Below, piece by piece: positions 11,443 through 24,536 of a stretch of DNA of 64,000 nt. A model generated the notes under the pieces. That model saw only the letters and a list, made by a program, of their open reading frames with translations, ran no database searches and was not told the origin of the DNA. This DNA is from Candidatus Eiseniibacteriota bacterium (GTDB lineage Bacteria; Eisenbacteria; RBG-16-71-46). Numbering within the stretch: the stretch's first letter is position 1; the number at the start of each line of letters is the position of its first letter. A program made the translations under genes and the position numbers. The stretch covers positions 320,001 to 384,000 of the forward strand of contig CAVUWA010000009.1 in the NCBI GenBank assembly GCA_963744995.1, given 5' to 3'.

Positions 11443-12975
11443 ATGCCGCTCGAAGACATCATGCGTGAACGCGCCGCGAAGCTGGAGCGCTGGCGCGGGA
11501 TCGGGGTGGCGCCGTACGCGTATCGCTACGAGGTCACGCACCGCGCCGCCGAGCTGCTCGGGCGCGGTGCGGCGGTCACCGAGGCTCCGGGCGAAAAGGT
11601 GCGCATCGCCGGGCGCGTGATGTCGACCCGCGGCCACGGCAAGGCGGGCTTCGCGCACCTGCTCGATGCCAGCGGCCGGATCCAGATCTACTGCCGGGCG
11701 GACGAGATGGGGGACGGCTTCGAGCGCTACCGGCTGCTCGACGTGGGCGACTGGGCGGGGGTCGAGGGGCGCCTGTTCCGCACCCGCACCGGCGAGATCA
11801 CCGTGCGCGCAGAGGTCGTCGAGCTGCTGGCCAAGTCCATGCGCCCGCTGCCCGAGAAGTGGCACGGCTTGCGCGATCCCGACACGCGCTATCGCCAGCG
11901 TTACGTCGATCTGTTCATGAACGACGACGTGCGCGAGGTGTTCCGGCGGCGCTCGAAGCTGATCGCGGGGCTGCGCGCGGGACTCGAGGCGCGCGGCTAC
12001 CTCGAGGTCGAGACCCCGGTGCTGCAGCCGCTCTACGGCGGCGCGTTCGCGCGGCCGTTCGTGACGCGCCACCACGCCCTCGACATGGAGTTCTATCTGC
12101 GCATCTCGAACGAGCTCTACCTGAAGCGCCTGATCGTCGGCGGGCTCGAGCGCGTCTACGAGTTCGCGCGCGACTTCCGCAACGAGGGCATCGACCGGAC
12201 CCACAGTCCGGAGTTCACGATGCTCGAGTTCTACGAGGCGTTCGCCGACGTGAACGACATGATGGCCTTCACCGAAGCGCTGGTGAGCCGGGCCGTGGAA
12301 GCCGCCTGCGGAACCCGCACGATCGAGTTCCAGGGGCAGCGTATCGACTTCACGCCGCCGTGGCCGCGCGTCTCGATGCTGGACGCGGTGAGCGGCAAGG
12401 TGGGGGAATCGGTGCACGACCTGGACCCGGCCCGGCTCGAGCGGCTGGTGCGGGCGCGCGGCGCCGAACCGCGGCCCGGCACCGGCGCCGGCGGCTGTCT
12501 CGACGAGCTGTTCACCGAGCTCGTGCAGCCCGAGCTCGTCCAGCCCACGTTCGTCGTGGATTTCCCGATCGAGACGTCGCCGCTCGCACGCGTCTCGCGG
12601 GCGAATCCGGCGGTGGTCGAGCGCTTCGAGCTGTTCGTCGCCGGGATGGAGCTCGCCAACGCGTTTTCCGAGCAGAACGATCCGGATGCGCAGAAGCACG
12701 CGTTCGAGGCGCAGATGGAGCGCCGCCAGGCCGGCGACGAGGAGGCGCAGGTGATGGATCACGACTACGTGCGCGCCCTCGAGTACGGCATGCCGCCGAC
12801 CGGCGGAGTCGGCATCGGCATCGACCGCCTCGCGATGATCGTCGCCGACGTGCGCAACATCCGCGAGGTGATCCTGTTTCCGGCGCTGCGCCCCGAGGAG
12901 GGGCGCGAGGGTCCCGACGGGGAGGACGAGCCGGCCGCGCCCGACGCGAGCCCTTCGTCGGCCCCGGCACGGTGA
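11443..12975 (+). CDS. lysS: Lysine--tRNA ligase (class II)
   Basis: RYRQRYVDL, EVETP, ELYLKRLIVGG, FRNEG, YGMPPTGGVGIGIDR. Confidence 0.97.
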   Translation: MPLEDIMRERAAKLERWRGIGVAPYAYRYEVTHRAAELLGRGAAVTEAPGEKVRIAGRVMSTRGHGKAGFAHLLDASGRIQIYCRADEMGDGFERYRLLDVGDWAGVEGRLFRTRTGEITVRAEVVELLAKSMRPLPEKWHGLRDPDTRYRQRYVDLFMNDDVREVFRRRSKLIAGLRAGLEARGYLEVETPVLQPLYGGAFARPFVTRHHALDMEFYLRISNELYLKRLIVGGLERVYEFARDFRNEGIDRTHSPEFTMLEFYEAFADVNDMMAFTEALVSRAVEAACGTRTIEFQGQRIDFTPPWPRVSMLDAVSGKVGESVHDLDPARLERLVRARGAEPRPGTGAGGCLDELFTELVQPELVQPTFVVDFPIETSPLARVSRANPAVVERFELFVAGMELANAFSEQNDPDAQKHAFEAQMERRQAGDEEAQVMDHDYVRALEYGMPPTGGVGIGIDRLAMIVADVRNIREVILFPALRPEEGREGPDGEDEPAAPDASPSSAPAR

Positions 12976-14210
12976 GCCCCTCCCTCTGGATCGCGCTCCG
13001 CTATCTGCGGACGCGCCGCCAGCACGGCTTCATCACGCTGCTCACCGGCATCTCGATCGGCGGCGTGGCGCTCGGGGTCACCGCGCTCCTCACGGTGCTG
13101 GCGGTGATGAACGGATTCGAGAACGAGGTGCAGTCGCGCATCGCCGGCACCGACGCGCACGTGGTCCTGCTCGGCGAATCGGTGAAGGGGATCGACGATC
13201 CCGATACGCTGGTGGCGCGCACGCGGCGCCTGCCGGGCGTCGTCGGCGCGGCGCCGTTCACCTACGCGAAGGCGATGGTTCTGCACGAGGGCCTCGCCGA
13301 AGGGCTGGTGGTGAAGGGCGTGGACCTCGGCGAGGAGCGGCACGTGACCTCGGTCGCCGAGCACATCGAGCCGGCGCTCGATTCGATCCCGCGCGCGGAC
13401 GCGGACGGGCGGCCCGGCATCGTGCTCGGCACGCAGCTGGCCGGCCGGCTCGGCGTGCAGGTCGGCGACGAGGTCGTGCTGGCGTCGCTCGCGGGGGCGG
13501 AGCAGTCGGCGATGGGTTTCGCCCCGAGACTCAGAAAGTTCCGCGTCGTCGGGCTCTTCACCTCGGGCCTCTACACCTACGATTCCAGCTTCGGTTTCGT
13601 GGCCATTCCGGCCGCGCAGTCGTTCTTCGAGCTCGGCCGCGCGGTGACCGGCATCGAGATCCGGCTCGCCGACATGTTCGACGCCCCGCGCGCCTCGCAG
13701 GCCATTCTCGAGGCGCTGCACGACCCGGGACTGCGCGCCAACAACTGGATCGAGCTCAACCGCAACCTGTTCACATGGATGAAGCTCGAGAAGGTGGTCA
13801 TGTTCGTGATCCTCGCCCTGATCGTCCTGGTGGCCGCCTTCAACATCGTGAGCACGCTGTTCATGGTCGTGCTGGAGAAGCGTCGCGACATCGGGGTGCT
13901 CAAGTCCATGGGCGCCACCCGCGGCGCGGTGCTGCAGATCTTCCTCGCCGAAGGGCTGCTGATCGGCGGGCTCGGGACCGGACTTGGGGTGGCGCTCGGC
14001 GGGCTGCTGATCGCGCTGCTCAAGCGCTACCCGTTCGTGCGCCTGCCGGGCGACGTGTACTTCATCGAACGGCTGCCGGTGCGGCCGGAGATGGGAGACT
14101 TCGCCGCCGTCATTCTGGCCGCTCTCGTGCTGTGCCTGGCCGCTGCGCTCTACCCGGCGTGGCGTGCGGCCTCATTGGAGCCGGTCGACGCGATCCGGCG
14201 CCAAAGCTGA
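12972..14210 (+). CDS. lolE: Lipoprotein-releasing ABC transporter permease LolC/E
   Basis: IALRYLR, AVMNGF, VAAFNIVSTL.M.V.EK..DI.VLKSMGA; adjacent to lolD. Confidence 0.88.
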   Translation: MSPSLWIALRYLRTRRQHGFITLLTGISIGGVALGVTALLTVLAVMNGFENEVQSRIAGTDAHVVLLGESVKGIDDPDTLVARTRRLPGVVGAAPFTYAKAMVLHEGLAEGLVVKGVDLGEERHVTSVAEHIEPALDSIPRADADGRPGIVLGTQLAGRLGVQVGDEVVLASLAGAEQSAMGFAPRLRKFRVVGLFTSGLYTYDSSFGFVAIPAAQSFFELGRAVTGIEIRLADMFDAPRASQAILEALHDPGLRANNWIELNRNLFTWMKLEKVVMFVILALIVLVAAFNIVSTLFMVVLEKRRDIGVLKSMGATRGAVLQIFLAEGLLIGGLGTGLGVALGGLLIALLKRYPFVRLPGDVYFIERLPVRPEMGDFAAVILAALVLCLAAALYPAWRAASLEPVDAIRRQS

Positions 14211-14236
14211 TGCGTCGCGTGAAAGGACGTCGTTAA

Positions 14237-14944
14237 GTGACTGCGGTAGCGTCCGTTGAAATGAATAGCGCGGTTCTGACCGCGAGCCGCATCCAAAAGG
14301 CATACGAGGCGCCGACGGGGCGTCTGGTGATTCTCGATGGCGTGGATCTCGAGGTCGAGCGTGGCACGGTTCTCGCAATTCTCGGAGCTTCCGGCGCGGG
14401 CAAGAGCACGCTGCTGAACGTCCTCGGCACGCTGGATACGCCGGATGCGGGCACGGTCCGGATCGGCGGCGAGGACGTGGGGGCGATGGGCGAGCGGGCA
14501 CTGGCCCGGCTGCGCGCCCGCAAGCTGGGTTTCGTCTTTCAGTTCCATCATCTGCTTCCGGAGTTCACCGCGATGGAGAACGTGATGATGCCGCTCAGGA
14601 TCGGGGGGCTGGACGCGGCCGCGGCCCGCGACCGCGCGCGCGCCGCGCTGACGGATGTCGGCCTCGAGGAGCGCTGGGAGCACGTTCCGGCCGAGCTCTC
14701 GGGCGGCGAGGCGCAGCGCGTCGCCGTCGCCCGCGCCCTGGCGGCCTCGCCGGAGCTGCTGCTCGCCGACGAGCCCTCCGGGAACCTCGATCCGGCGGCC
14801 GCCGGCGCGCTGCACGAGCTGCTCAGGCGCCTCGCCCGCGAGCGGCGCCAGACGTTTGTGGTCGTGACGCACAATGATAGGCTGGCCGCGATGGCGGACC
14901 GGGTCCTGCTGCTCGAGCGGGGCCGGCTCGTGCCGCGTACCTGA
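14237..14944 (+). CDS. lolD: Lipoprotein-releasing ABC transporter ATPase LolD
   Basis: GASGAGKST, GFVFQFHHLL, LSGGE, ADEPSGNLD; alternative start ATG 14261. Confidence 0.88.
   Translation: MTAVASVEMNSAVLTASRIQKAYEAPTGRLVILDGVDLEVERGTVLAILGASGAGKSTLLNVLGTLDTPDAGTVRIGGEDVGAMGERALARLRARKLGFVFQFHHLLPEFTAMENVMMPLRIGGLDAAAARDRARAALTDVGLEERWEHVPAELSGGEAQRVAVARALAASPELLLADEPSGNLDPAAAGALHELLRRLARERRQTFVVVTHNDRLAAMADRVLLLERGRLVPRT
14856..14883 (+). promoter_or_regulatory. Possible internal promoter for mcsA-mcsB-clpC
   Basis: TTGTGG, 16 bp, extended -10 TGn-TAGGCT, written with atypical AT-rich codons (AAT GAT AGG) at the lolD 3' end. Confidence 0.3.
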
Positions 14945-14959
14945 GGGGGCTGTTCGCGC

Positions 14960-15484
14960 ATGCTGTGCCAGATCTGCGGCAAGAATCCGGCGACGGTGCA
15001 CTACACCGAAGCGCACGACAACAAGATGTCCGAAATCCACGTCTGCGAGAACTGTGCCGAGGAGAAGGGCTTCCAGCAGTCGGCGAAGCAGCATCAGTTC
15101 GACATCGGCGAACTGCTCGCGGGGATGGTGGACACGATGACCAGCACCGAGGAAGAGCGCGTGGGGCACGTGCAGTGCCCCGAGTGCGGCCTGCCGTACT
15201 CGGGCTTCAAGGAGACCGGGCGGCTGGGCTGCGCGAATTGCTACGCCGCATTCCAGTTCCAGCTGCGGCCGCTGCTGAGGCGCATCCACGGCGACACCCG
15301 GCACCGCGGCAAGGTGCCGGTCCGTGACGGCGAAGGCGTGTCGCGCACGCGGCAGATCCAGCGCCTGCACGACGAGCTGCGGCGCGCGGTCGAGCGCGAG
15401 GCGTTCGAGCGCGCGGCGGAGATCCGCGACGAGATCAAGCGGCTGGAGGCGGTATCGGAGACGCCCGCGGAGGGACGCTCATGA
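14960..15484 (+). CDS. mcsA: McsA, activator of protein-arginine kinase (CxxC motifs and UVR domain)
   Basis: CQIC, CENC, CPEC, GRLGCANCY, IHG...H.GK, C-terminal FERAAEIRD. Confidence 0.92.
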   Translation: MLCQICGKNPATVHYTEAHDNKMSEIHVCENCAEEKGFQQSAKQHQFDIGELLAGMVDTMTSTEEERVGHVQCPECGLPYSGFKETGRLGCANCYAAFQFQLRPLLRRIHGDTRHRGKVPVRDGEGVSRTRQIQRLHDELRRAVEREAFERAAEIRDEIKRLEAVSETPAEGRS

Positions 15485-16590
15485 CGAAGCGCAGGGAACC
15501 CGAAGTGCCGGGCGACTTCGGCGAGCTGATCGCGACGCCGAGCCCGTGGCTCGGCGGCGCGGGGCCGCACTCGGACATGGTGCTGTCGACCCGCATCCGC
15601 CTCGCCCGCAACCTGTCGAGCGTGCCGTTCACGCATCGTGCGCGCGAGGAGCAGCTGCAGGGCGTGATGCTCAGCGTCTCCGGCGCCGTGCAGCGTTCGG
15701 GCGCGTTCGGCGACGGCCTGCTGCTCAGGATGAACGAGCTCACCCCGATCCAGCGCCAGGTGCTGGTCGAGCGCCATCTGGTGAGTCACGAGATGGGCGA
15801 CGGCGCGCGGCCGCGCGGCCTCGCGGTGGGCCGTGACCCGCGGCTGTCGCTGATGATCAACGAAGAGGACCATCTGCGACTGCAGTGCATGGTCCCGGGT
15901 TTCCAGCTGGCCGAGGCGTGGAGCGCGGCCGACGCGGCCGACGACGAGCTCGGCTCGACGCTCGACTTCGCCTTCAGCGACGAGATCGGCTACCTGACCG
16001 CGTGCCCGACCAACGCCGGCACCGGGCTCAGGGCCTCGGTCCTGATCCACCTGCCGGCGCTCGTGCTGCTCGACGAGATCCAGAAAGTGCTGAAGAGCGT
16101 CATGCAGGTGGGGCTCAACGTGCGCGGTCTCTATGGCGAGCACAGCGAGGTCATGGGCAACCTGTTTCAGATCTCCAATCAGACCACGCTCGGTCGCAGC
16201 GAGCGCGACTCGATCGAGAGCCTGGAACGGGTCTCGCGGCAGATCATCGAAACCGAGGAGCGCGCGCGCGAGCGCATGCTGCGTGACGCGCGCGTCCAGA
16301 TCGAGGACAAAGTGTGGCGCGCGTACGGTACGCTGCGGTACTGCCGGTCCGTGCATACGCGCGAGGTCATCAACCTGTGTTCGGCCGTGCGGCTCGGCGT
16401 GGCGCTCGGGCTCGAGGGACTGTGCCCGCTCCGCGTCGTCAACGAACTCCTGATCGTGACCCAGACGGCCCACCTGCAGCACGCGGCCGGCCGGGAACTC
16501 TCGCAGGCGGAGCGCAACGTGTTCCGCGCGCAGGTGGTCCGCGACCATCTGGCGGCGGCGGAATCCGCCGGCGGGGAGTCGGTATCATGA
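15481..16590 (+). CDS. mcsB: Protein arginine kinase McsB
   Basis: LSTRIRLARN, INEEDH, YLTACPTN.GTGLRASV, RGLYGE, FQISNQ.TLG. Confidence 0.94.
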   Translation: MTKRREPEVPGDFGELIATPSPWLGGAGPHSDMVLSTRIRLARNLSSVPFTHRAREEQLQGVMLSVSGAVQRSGAFGDGLLLRMNELTPIQRQVLVERHLVSHEMGDGARPRGLAVGRDPRLSLMINEEDHLRLQCMVPGFQLAEAWSAADAADDELGSTLDFAFSDEIGYLTACPTNAGTGLRASVLIHLPALVLLDEIQKVLKSVMQVGLNVRGLYGEHSEVMGNLFQISNQTTLGRSERDSIESLERVSRQIIETEERARERMLRDARVQIEDKVWRAYGTLRYCRSVHTREVINLCSAVRLGVALGLEGLCPLRVVNELLIVTQTAHLQHAAGRELSQAERNVFRAQVVRDHLAAAESAGGESVS

Positions 16591-16709
16591 GCGACAGCGC
16601 CAGGGAAGGCATGCGGGCGTCACGCGCATCGTGACGCGAAACAGACGACGGTCCGGGCGCAGCGAGGTCCGGGTGAGGCTCACCACCGGCAGGGGAAGAA
16701 AAGGACGCC

Positions 16710-19184
<2,475 letters not shown>

Positions 19185-19191
19185 GGCGGTT

Positions 19192-21599
19192 CTGCGTTTC
19201 CTGCTGTTCGTGCTGCTGACGCTGGGCCCGGGGACGATCGCTGTCGCGACCGCCCGGGCCCAGTCCGTTTCGAGCGCCGAGGCGCCGGAGCTGTCGCCCG
19301 CGCCGGTGGATTCGCTGGAGGCGCGCGAGTTGCGCGTCGGTCGAATCTCGGTCGCCGGCAACCATACGACCGACCGCGAGCGCATCATCCGCTCGTTCGG
19401 CGTGCGCCCGGACTCCCGCTACCTCGCCGACGTGGTGCGCCGCGGCATCCGGCAGCTGTTCGGCCTCGGCCTGTTCGACGACGTGTGGGTCGAGCAGACC
19501 GAGCGCCCGGGCTTCGTCGACCTGGTGATCCACGTGAAGGAGCGCCCGCGCATCACGAAGATCGAGTTCGCCGGCAACCGCAAGCGCGAGGACTCCGACC
19601 TGGAGAAGAAGCAGGTGCTGCGGCCGGGGGAGGTCTATTCGGCCTCGGCGGTGCAGGCGCAGGTCGACTCCCTGGTCAAGTACTACAAGGACGAGGGTTT
19701 CGCCCAGGTCCACATCGACGCGGTGAAGGACACCACCGGCGGGCAGCTGGCGGTGCGGTTCGTGATCCGCGAGGGCGAGCGGGTGCGCATCACGGCGATC
19801 GACTTCGTCGGCAACCGCGCGTTCACCGACAAGCAGCTGCGCAAGCACCTCAAGACCAAGAAACGGGGATTCTTCGGCGGCGGCCACGTGAAGGAGGAGG
19901 AGTTCCCGGAGAACAGGACCAAGCTCGAGCGCTTCTACCACACCCGCGGCTACAAGGACGCGCACCTCGTCGACCAGAAGCTGCTGCCGACCGACGATCC
20001 GCGCAATCTCACCCTCCGGATCCAGGTCGAGGAAGGACCGGTCTACTACTTCGGCAAGGCCACGTTTACGGGGAACTCCATCGTGCCGGACGCCGACCTC
20101 GACAGGATGTGGTCCCCCGAACCCGGCGACGTCTACGACATCAGCAAGATCGAAAAGACCAACGGCGACGCGTATTCCGAGTACGCCGAACGCGGTTACC
20201 TGTACGTCAACATCGATCCGAAGGAGACGGTGCGCGACTCGACCGTGGACATCGACTTCGCGGTGACCGAGGGGCGGCCCTCGCACGTGCGCTACGTCGA
20301 GATCTCCGGCAACCGCGGCACGCGCGAGAAGGTGATCCGCCGCGAGATCGACATCCACGAGGGCGACCGCTTCCGGCGTTCGTCGCTGGTGCGGACCCAG
20401 GGCGACATCTTCCGCCTCGGCCTGTTCGAGGACGTGCAGGTCGACTTCGCGCCGGCCGAGAGCACCGACGTCGACATCCGGCTCAAGGTCAAGGAGAAGC
20501 AGGTCGGCACGGCGTCGGCGGGGGCGGGCTACACCAGCGAGAGCGGCCTCACCGGGTTCCTCGAGCTCGGCCACAACAACGTGCTCGGCAACGGCCAGAG
20601 CCTGGCCATGCACCTCGAGCGCGGCAGCCAGCGCGAGGACTACTCGCTGAGCTTCACCGAGCCATGGTTCCATGACACGCCCACGCTGCTCGGCTTCTCG
20701 CTGTTCAACAGCTCGATCGACCGCGATCTGTTCCGGGAGCGGCGCAAGGGCGGTTCCGGGCGCATCGGAAGGCCGCTGGCGTGGCCCGACTACTCGCGCG
20801 GCTCGATCAGCTACCGGCTCGAGGACGTGCGCCTCGACTCGCTCGGGACGCTGAACCCCGCGGACCGCCTCGCCCTCGGCGGCCTGGTGTTCGGCCGGGA
20901 TCAGCTCACCAGCAGCGTGACGCTGAACTTCCTGCGCAACTCCGCGGACAATCCGTTCTACCCGACGCGCGGCACGCGCCTGCAGATCGAGGACGAGTTC
21001 GCGGGCGGGCCGTTCGGCGGCCACGTGAACTTCCACAAGCACCGGATCGAAGGGCGCTGGTACGTGAAGACGCCCCTGATCGGCGTGTTCACCACCATGT
21101 TCCGCGGCCGCATCGGGATGCTCGGCGAGTACGGCGACCAGAACGTGACCCGTGTGCCGGACTACGAGCGCTTCCGGCTCGGCGGCGGCACCACGGTCGA
21201 CCCGCTGCGCGGCTACGACGACTATCAGGTGGTGCCGGAGAAGTTCATCTTCAAGATCGTGACCCCCGCCGCCTATGACACGGCAGGCACGCTGATCTCG
21301 AAGGAGCGTACGCAGACCGTCCGCTATCCCGGCGGCCGCTACATGTCGCGTCTGGACGATGGAGCAGCAGTTTCCCATTGTTCACCCGCTTCACGGTGTG
21401 CTCTTCTTCGACGCGGGCAACACGTGGGACCTGTTCGAAGGAGATCCGGCCGTTGGACCTGAAGGTGGGCGCCGGGCTGGGCTTCCGGCTCGAGATCCCG
21501 CTGCTCGGCAACATCGGGTTCGACTACGGCTACGGGTTCAACCGCGACGACGGAGCGAGATGGGCCGGGCACTTCCTCATCGGGAACACGGGCTTCTAG
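19192..21599 (+). CDS. bamA: Outer membrane protein assembly factor BamA; two apparent +1 frameshifts near the 3' end
   Basis: POTRA repeats, FTEPW, LRGY loop-6 motif. The C-terminal strands continue in other frames (EQQFPIVHPLHGVLFFDAGN, then GAGLGFRLEIPLLGNIGFDYGY...GF*). Start uncertain (CTG 19192 or GTG 19210). Confidence 0.9.
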
Positions 21600-21602
21600 A
21601 GC

Positions 21603-22154
21603 ATGGCCACCCGCGCATGGGGCACCGGCCTCGCGGCCGCGCTGCTGGCCTTCGCGCTCGGCGCCTCGCCCGCGGCCGCCCAGCAGGTCCGCTTCGGCTA
21701 CATTGACTCCGCGCGCATCTTCCGGGAATTTACCGACGCGAAGGAGGCCCAGGAACGCTTCGACCGGCAGGTGCAGGGCTGGCGCAGCGAGGCCGCCGAG
21801 AAGGAGAAGGAGGTGGCCGACCTGCGCAAGGAAGTGCAGGACCAGGGCCCGATCCTGTCTTCGATCAAACGCCAGGAGCGCGAAGCCGCGCTGCAGCGCG
21901 CGATCAGCGACTACGAACGGTTCATCCAGGAGATCTGGGGTCCCAACGGGCGCGCCGCGACCGAGAACAGCAACATGACGGCCGGCATCGTCGAGAAGAT
22001 CCGCTCCGCGGTGGAGAAGGTCGCGGGAGACCGCGCGCTGAACCTCGTGCTGGATTCGTCCTCGGGGTTCCTGATCTACGCGGACCCGTCGTTCGATCTC
22101 ACCAGCGACGTTCTGGAGGAGCTCAAGAACCAGTCCGGCGTCGGGGCCGGATAG
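21603..22154 (+). CDS. skp: Skp/OmpH periplasmic chaperone
   Basis: Signal peptide, FGYIDS, coiled coil, LIYADPSFDLTSDVL; between bamA and lpxD. Confidence 0.9.
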   Translation: MATRAWGTGLAAALLAFALGASPAAAQQVRFGYIDSARIFREFTDAKEAQERFDRQVQGWRSEAAEKEKEVADLRKEVQDQGPILSSIKRQEREAALQRAISDYERFIQEIWGPNGRAATENSNMTAGIVEKIRSAVEKVAGDRALNLVLDSSSGFLIYADPSFDLTSDVLEELKNQSGVGAG

Positions 22155-22167
22155 GAAGGCCGAACCC

Positions 22168-23217
22168 ATGTTGACGCGTACGCTGCGTGAACTCGCGGAC
22201 GAGCTCGGCGGCGAGCTGGTCGGCGACGGCGCGATCGCCATTCACGGCGTGGCGGGGATCCGCGAAGCGGAGCCCGGCGACATCACGTTCCTCGCCAATT
22301 CCCGCTACGAGAACTACCTCGACGAGACCCGCGCCTCGGCGGTGATCGTCTCGCGCGCACCGCGCGCCTGCCGCGTGCCGCTCATTCAGGTCGACAACCC
22401 CTACCTCGCCTACCAGAAGCTGGTGCGCGTGTTCCGGCCGGAGCTGCCGCGCCAGGCGGCCGGCATCCATCCGAGCGCGATGGTGGCCGACGGCGCCGAG
22501 ATCGGCGCCAACGCCTCCATCGGCGCGTACTGCGTGATCGAGTCCGGCGCGCGCATCGGCGCCGACACCGTGCTGATGCCGGGCTGCTACGTCGGCCACC
22601 AGGTGGGGATCGGCTCGAATTGCTTTCTCTACGCGCGGGTGACGATCCGCGAGGACTGCGTGATCGGCGACCGCTGCATCCTGCAGCCGGGCGTCGTGAT
22701 CGGCAGCGACGGCTTCGGCTTCGCCTTCGACGCCGGGAAGTACCACAAGGTGCCGCAGGTCGGGAACGTCGTGATCGGCAATGACGTCGAGGTCGGCGCC
22801 AACACGACGATCGACCGGGCCACGACGCACAGCACGATCATCGGCGACGGCAGCAAGATCGACAATCTGGTGCAGATCGGTCACAACGTCATCATCGGCA
22901 AACACTGCATCGTCGTCGCGCAGGTCGGGATCTCGGGAAGCACCGAGCTCGAGGATTATGTGACGGTCGGCGGGCAGGCGGGACTGGTCGGACACATCAA
23001 AGTCGGCGCGCGCGCCATGATCGGCGCGCAGAGCGGCGTCCCGCGCTCGGTGGATGCGGACACCATCGTGACCGGTTACCCGGCGATGCCGCACTCGGCG
23101 TGGAAGCGCCTGCAGGCGTTCATCCACCGCCTGCCGCAGCTGTTCCAGCGCACCAAGCAGATCGAGGGGCGGCTCGAGAAGCTGGAAAAGCAGACCGAGC
23201 GTGAGGAAGTGCGTTGA
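22168..23217 (+). CDS. lpxD: UDP-3-O-acylglucosamine N-acyltransferase
   Basis: Hexapeptide repeats, IGSDGFGF, TTIDR, KIDNLVQIGHN. Confidence 0.96.
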   Translation: MLTRTLRELADELGGELVGDGAIAIHGVAGIREAEPGDITFLANSRYENYLDETRASAVIVSRAPRACRVPLIQVDNPYLAYQKLVRVFRPELPRQAAGIHPSAMVADGAEIGANASIGAYCVIESGARIGADTVLMPGCYVGHQVGIGSNCFLYARVTIREDCVIGDRCILQPGVVIGSDGFGFAFDAGKYHKVPQVGNVVIGNDVEVGANTTIDRATTHSTIIGDGSKIDNLVQIGHNVIIGKHCIVVAQVGISGSTELEDYVTVGGQAGLVGHIKVGARAMIGAQSGVPRSVDADTIVTGYPAMPHSAWKRLQAFIHRLPQLFQRTKQIEGRLEKLEKQTEREEVR

Positions 23218-24536
23218 GCGGCGGCTTGCAGCACACCCTCACCCGCCCCGTTTCGATCGCCGGCGTCGGCCTGCACACCGGCGAGGCCGGCGAGATCCGC
23301 TTCCTGCCGGCGGACGCCGGCTCGGGCGTACGCTTCGTGCGCACCGACCTGCCCGGACGTCCCACCGTGCGCGTGCGGCCGGAGAACGCGCGCTTCGATC
23401 CGGAAGCCGGGCGCCGCACGATCCTCGAAGAGGACGGCGTCCAGATCCATACGATGGAACACGTGCTGGCGGCGGTCGCCGGGCTGGGCATCGACAACGT
23501 GCTCATCGAAACCGGCACGCTCGAGATTCCGGAGCCGGCCGACGGCAGCGCGGCGCCGATCGTCGCGGCGCTGCAGGAGGCCGGCCGCACCGAGCAGGAC
23601 CGGCCGCGGCGCTACATCAAGGTCACCAAGCCGGTCGAGTGGACCGACGGCAACGTGCGGCTGTCCGCGGTGCCGTTCCAGGGCTTTCGCCTCACCTTCG
23701 TCATCGAATACGACCATCCGCTGATCGGCATGCAGTGCATGACCTTCGACGTCGGCGCCGAGGCCTTCGTGAAGGACGTGGCGCCGGCGCGCACGTTCGT
23801 GCTGGAGCGCGACGTCGAGGCGCTGCGCCAGGCGGGCTGGATCAAGGGTGGCCGGCTGGAGAACGCGGTGGTCGTCGGCAAGGACCGGATCCTCAACGAT
23901 TCGCCGCTGCGCTTCCCCGACGAATTCGTTCGGCACAAGCTGCTGGACCTGCTCGGCGACCTGTCGCTGCTCGGCGGCCCGATGATCGGCCACGTGACCG
24001 CGCAGCGCAGCGGCCACCAGAGTCACGTCGCCTTCGTCAAGCACCTCAAGGAGTCGCTGCCGCTGCCCGGGCGGCGGCCGTTCGGGCCGCCCGACGAGTG
24101 GGACATCACCTCGATCATGGAGATCCTGCCGCACCGCTATCCGTTCCTGCTGGTGGACCGGATCCTGAACATCGTCGAGGGCCAGAGCATCGAGGGAGTC
24201 AAGAACGTCACCATCAACGAGCCGTTCTTCGAGGGGCACTTCCCCGGGCACCCGATCATGCCGGCCGTGCTGATCCTCGAGGCGATGGCGCAGGTGGGCG
24301 GGATGCTGCTGCTGAACTCCGTGGACGATCCCAACGACAAGCTCATGTACTTCATGGGCATCGACAAGGCCAAGTTCCGCCGGCCGGTGACGCCCGGCGA
24401 CCGGCTGCACTTCAAGCTGACGCTGCTCAAGCTGCGCAAGGGCACGTCGAAGATGCGCGGCGAGGCGTTCGTCGACGATCAGCTGGTGGCCGAGGCGGAG
24501 CTGATGGCGACCGTCGTGGACCGGCGGCCGTCGTGA
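23214..24536 (+). CDS. lpxC/fabZ: Bifunctional LpxC deacetylase / FabZ dehydratase
   Basis: GVGLHTG, T.EHVLAA, RHKLLDLLGD followed by LPHRYPFLLVDR, GHFPG.PIMP.VL.LEAMAQ; TTG start. Confidence 0.95.
   Translation: MSGGLQHTLTRPVSIAGVGLHTGEAGEIRFLPADAGSGVRFVRTDLPGRPTVRVRPENARFDPEAGRRTILEEDGVQIHTMEHVLAAVAGLGIDNVLIETGTLEIPEPADGSAAPIVAALQEAGRTEQDRPRRYIKVTKPVEWTDGNVRLSAVPFQGFRLTFVIEYDHPLIGMQCMTFDVGAEAFVKDVAPARTFVLERDVEALRQAGWIKGGRLENAVVVGKDRILNDSPLRFPDEFVRHKLLDLLGDLSLLGGPMIGHVTAQRSGHQSHVAFVKHLKESLPLPGRRPFGPPDEWDITSIMEILPHRYPFLLVDRILNIVEGQSIEGVKNVTINEPFFEGHFPGHPIMPAVLILEAMAQVGGMLLLNSVDDPNDKLMYFMGIDKAKFRRPVTPGDRLHFKLTLLKLRKGTSKMRGEAFVDDQLVAEAELMATVVDRRPS

Noticed and set aside
23214..24536. LpxC-FabZ fusion as a novelty
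   Set aside because: Already well known in Bacteroidota, Chlorobiota and related lineages; useful only as a taxonomic hint.
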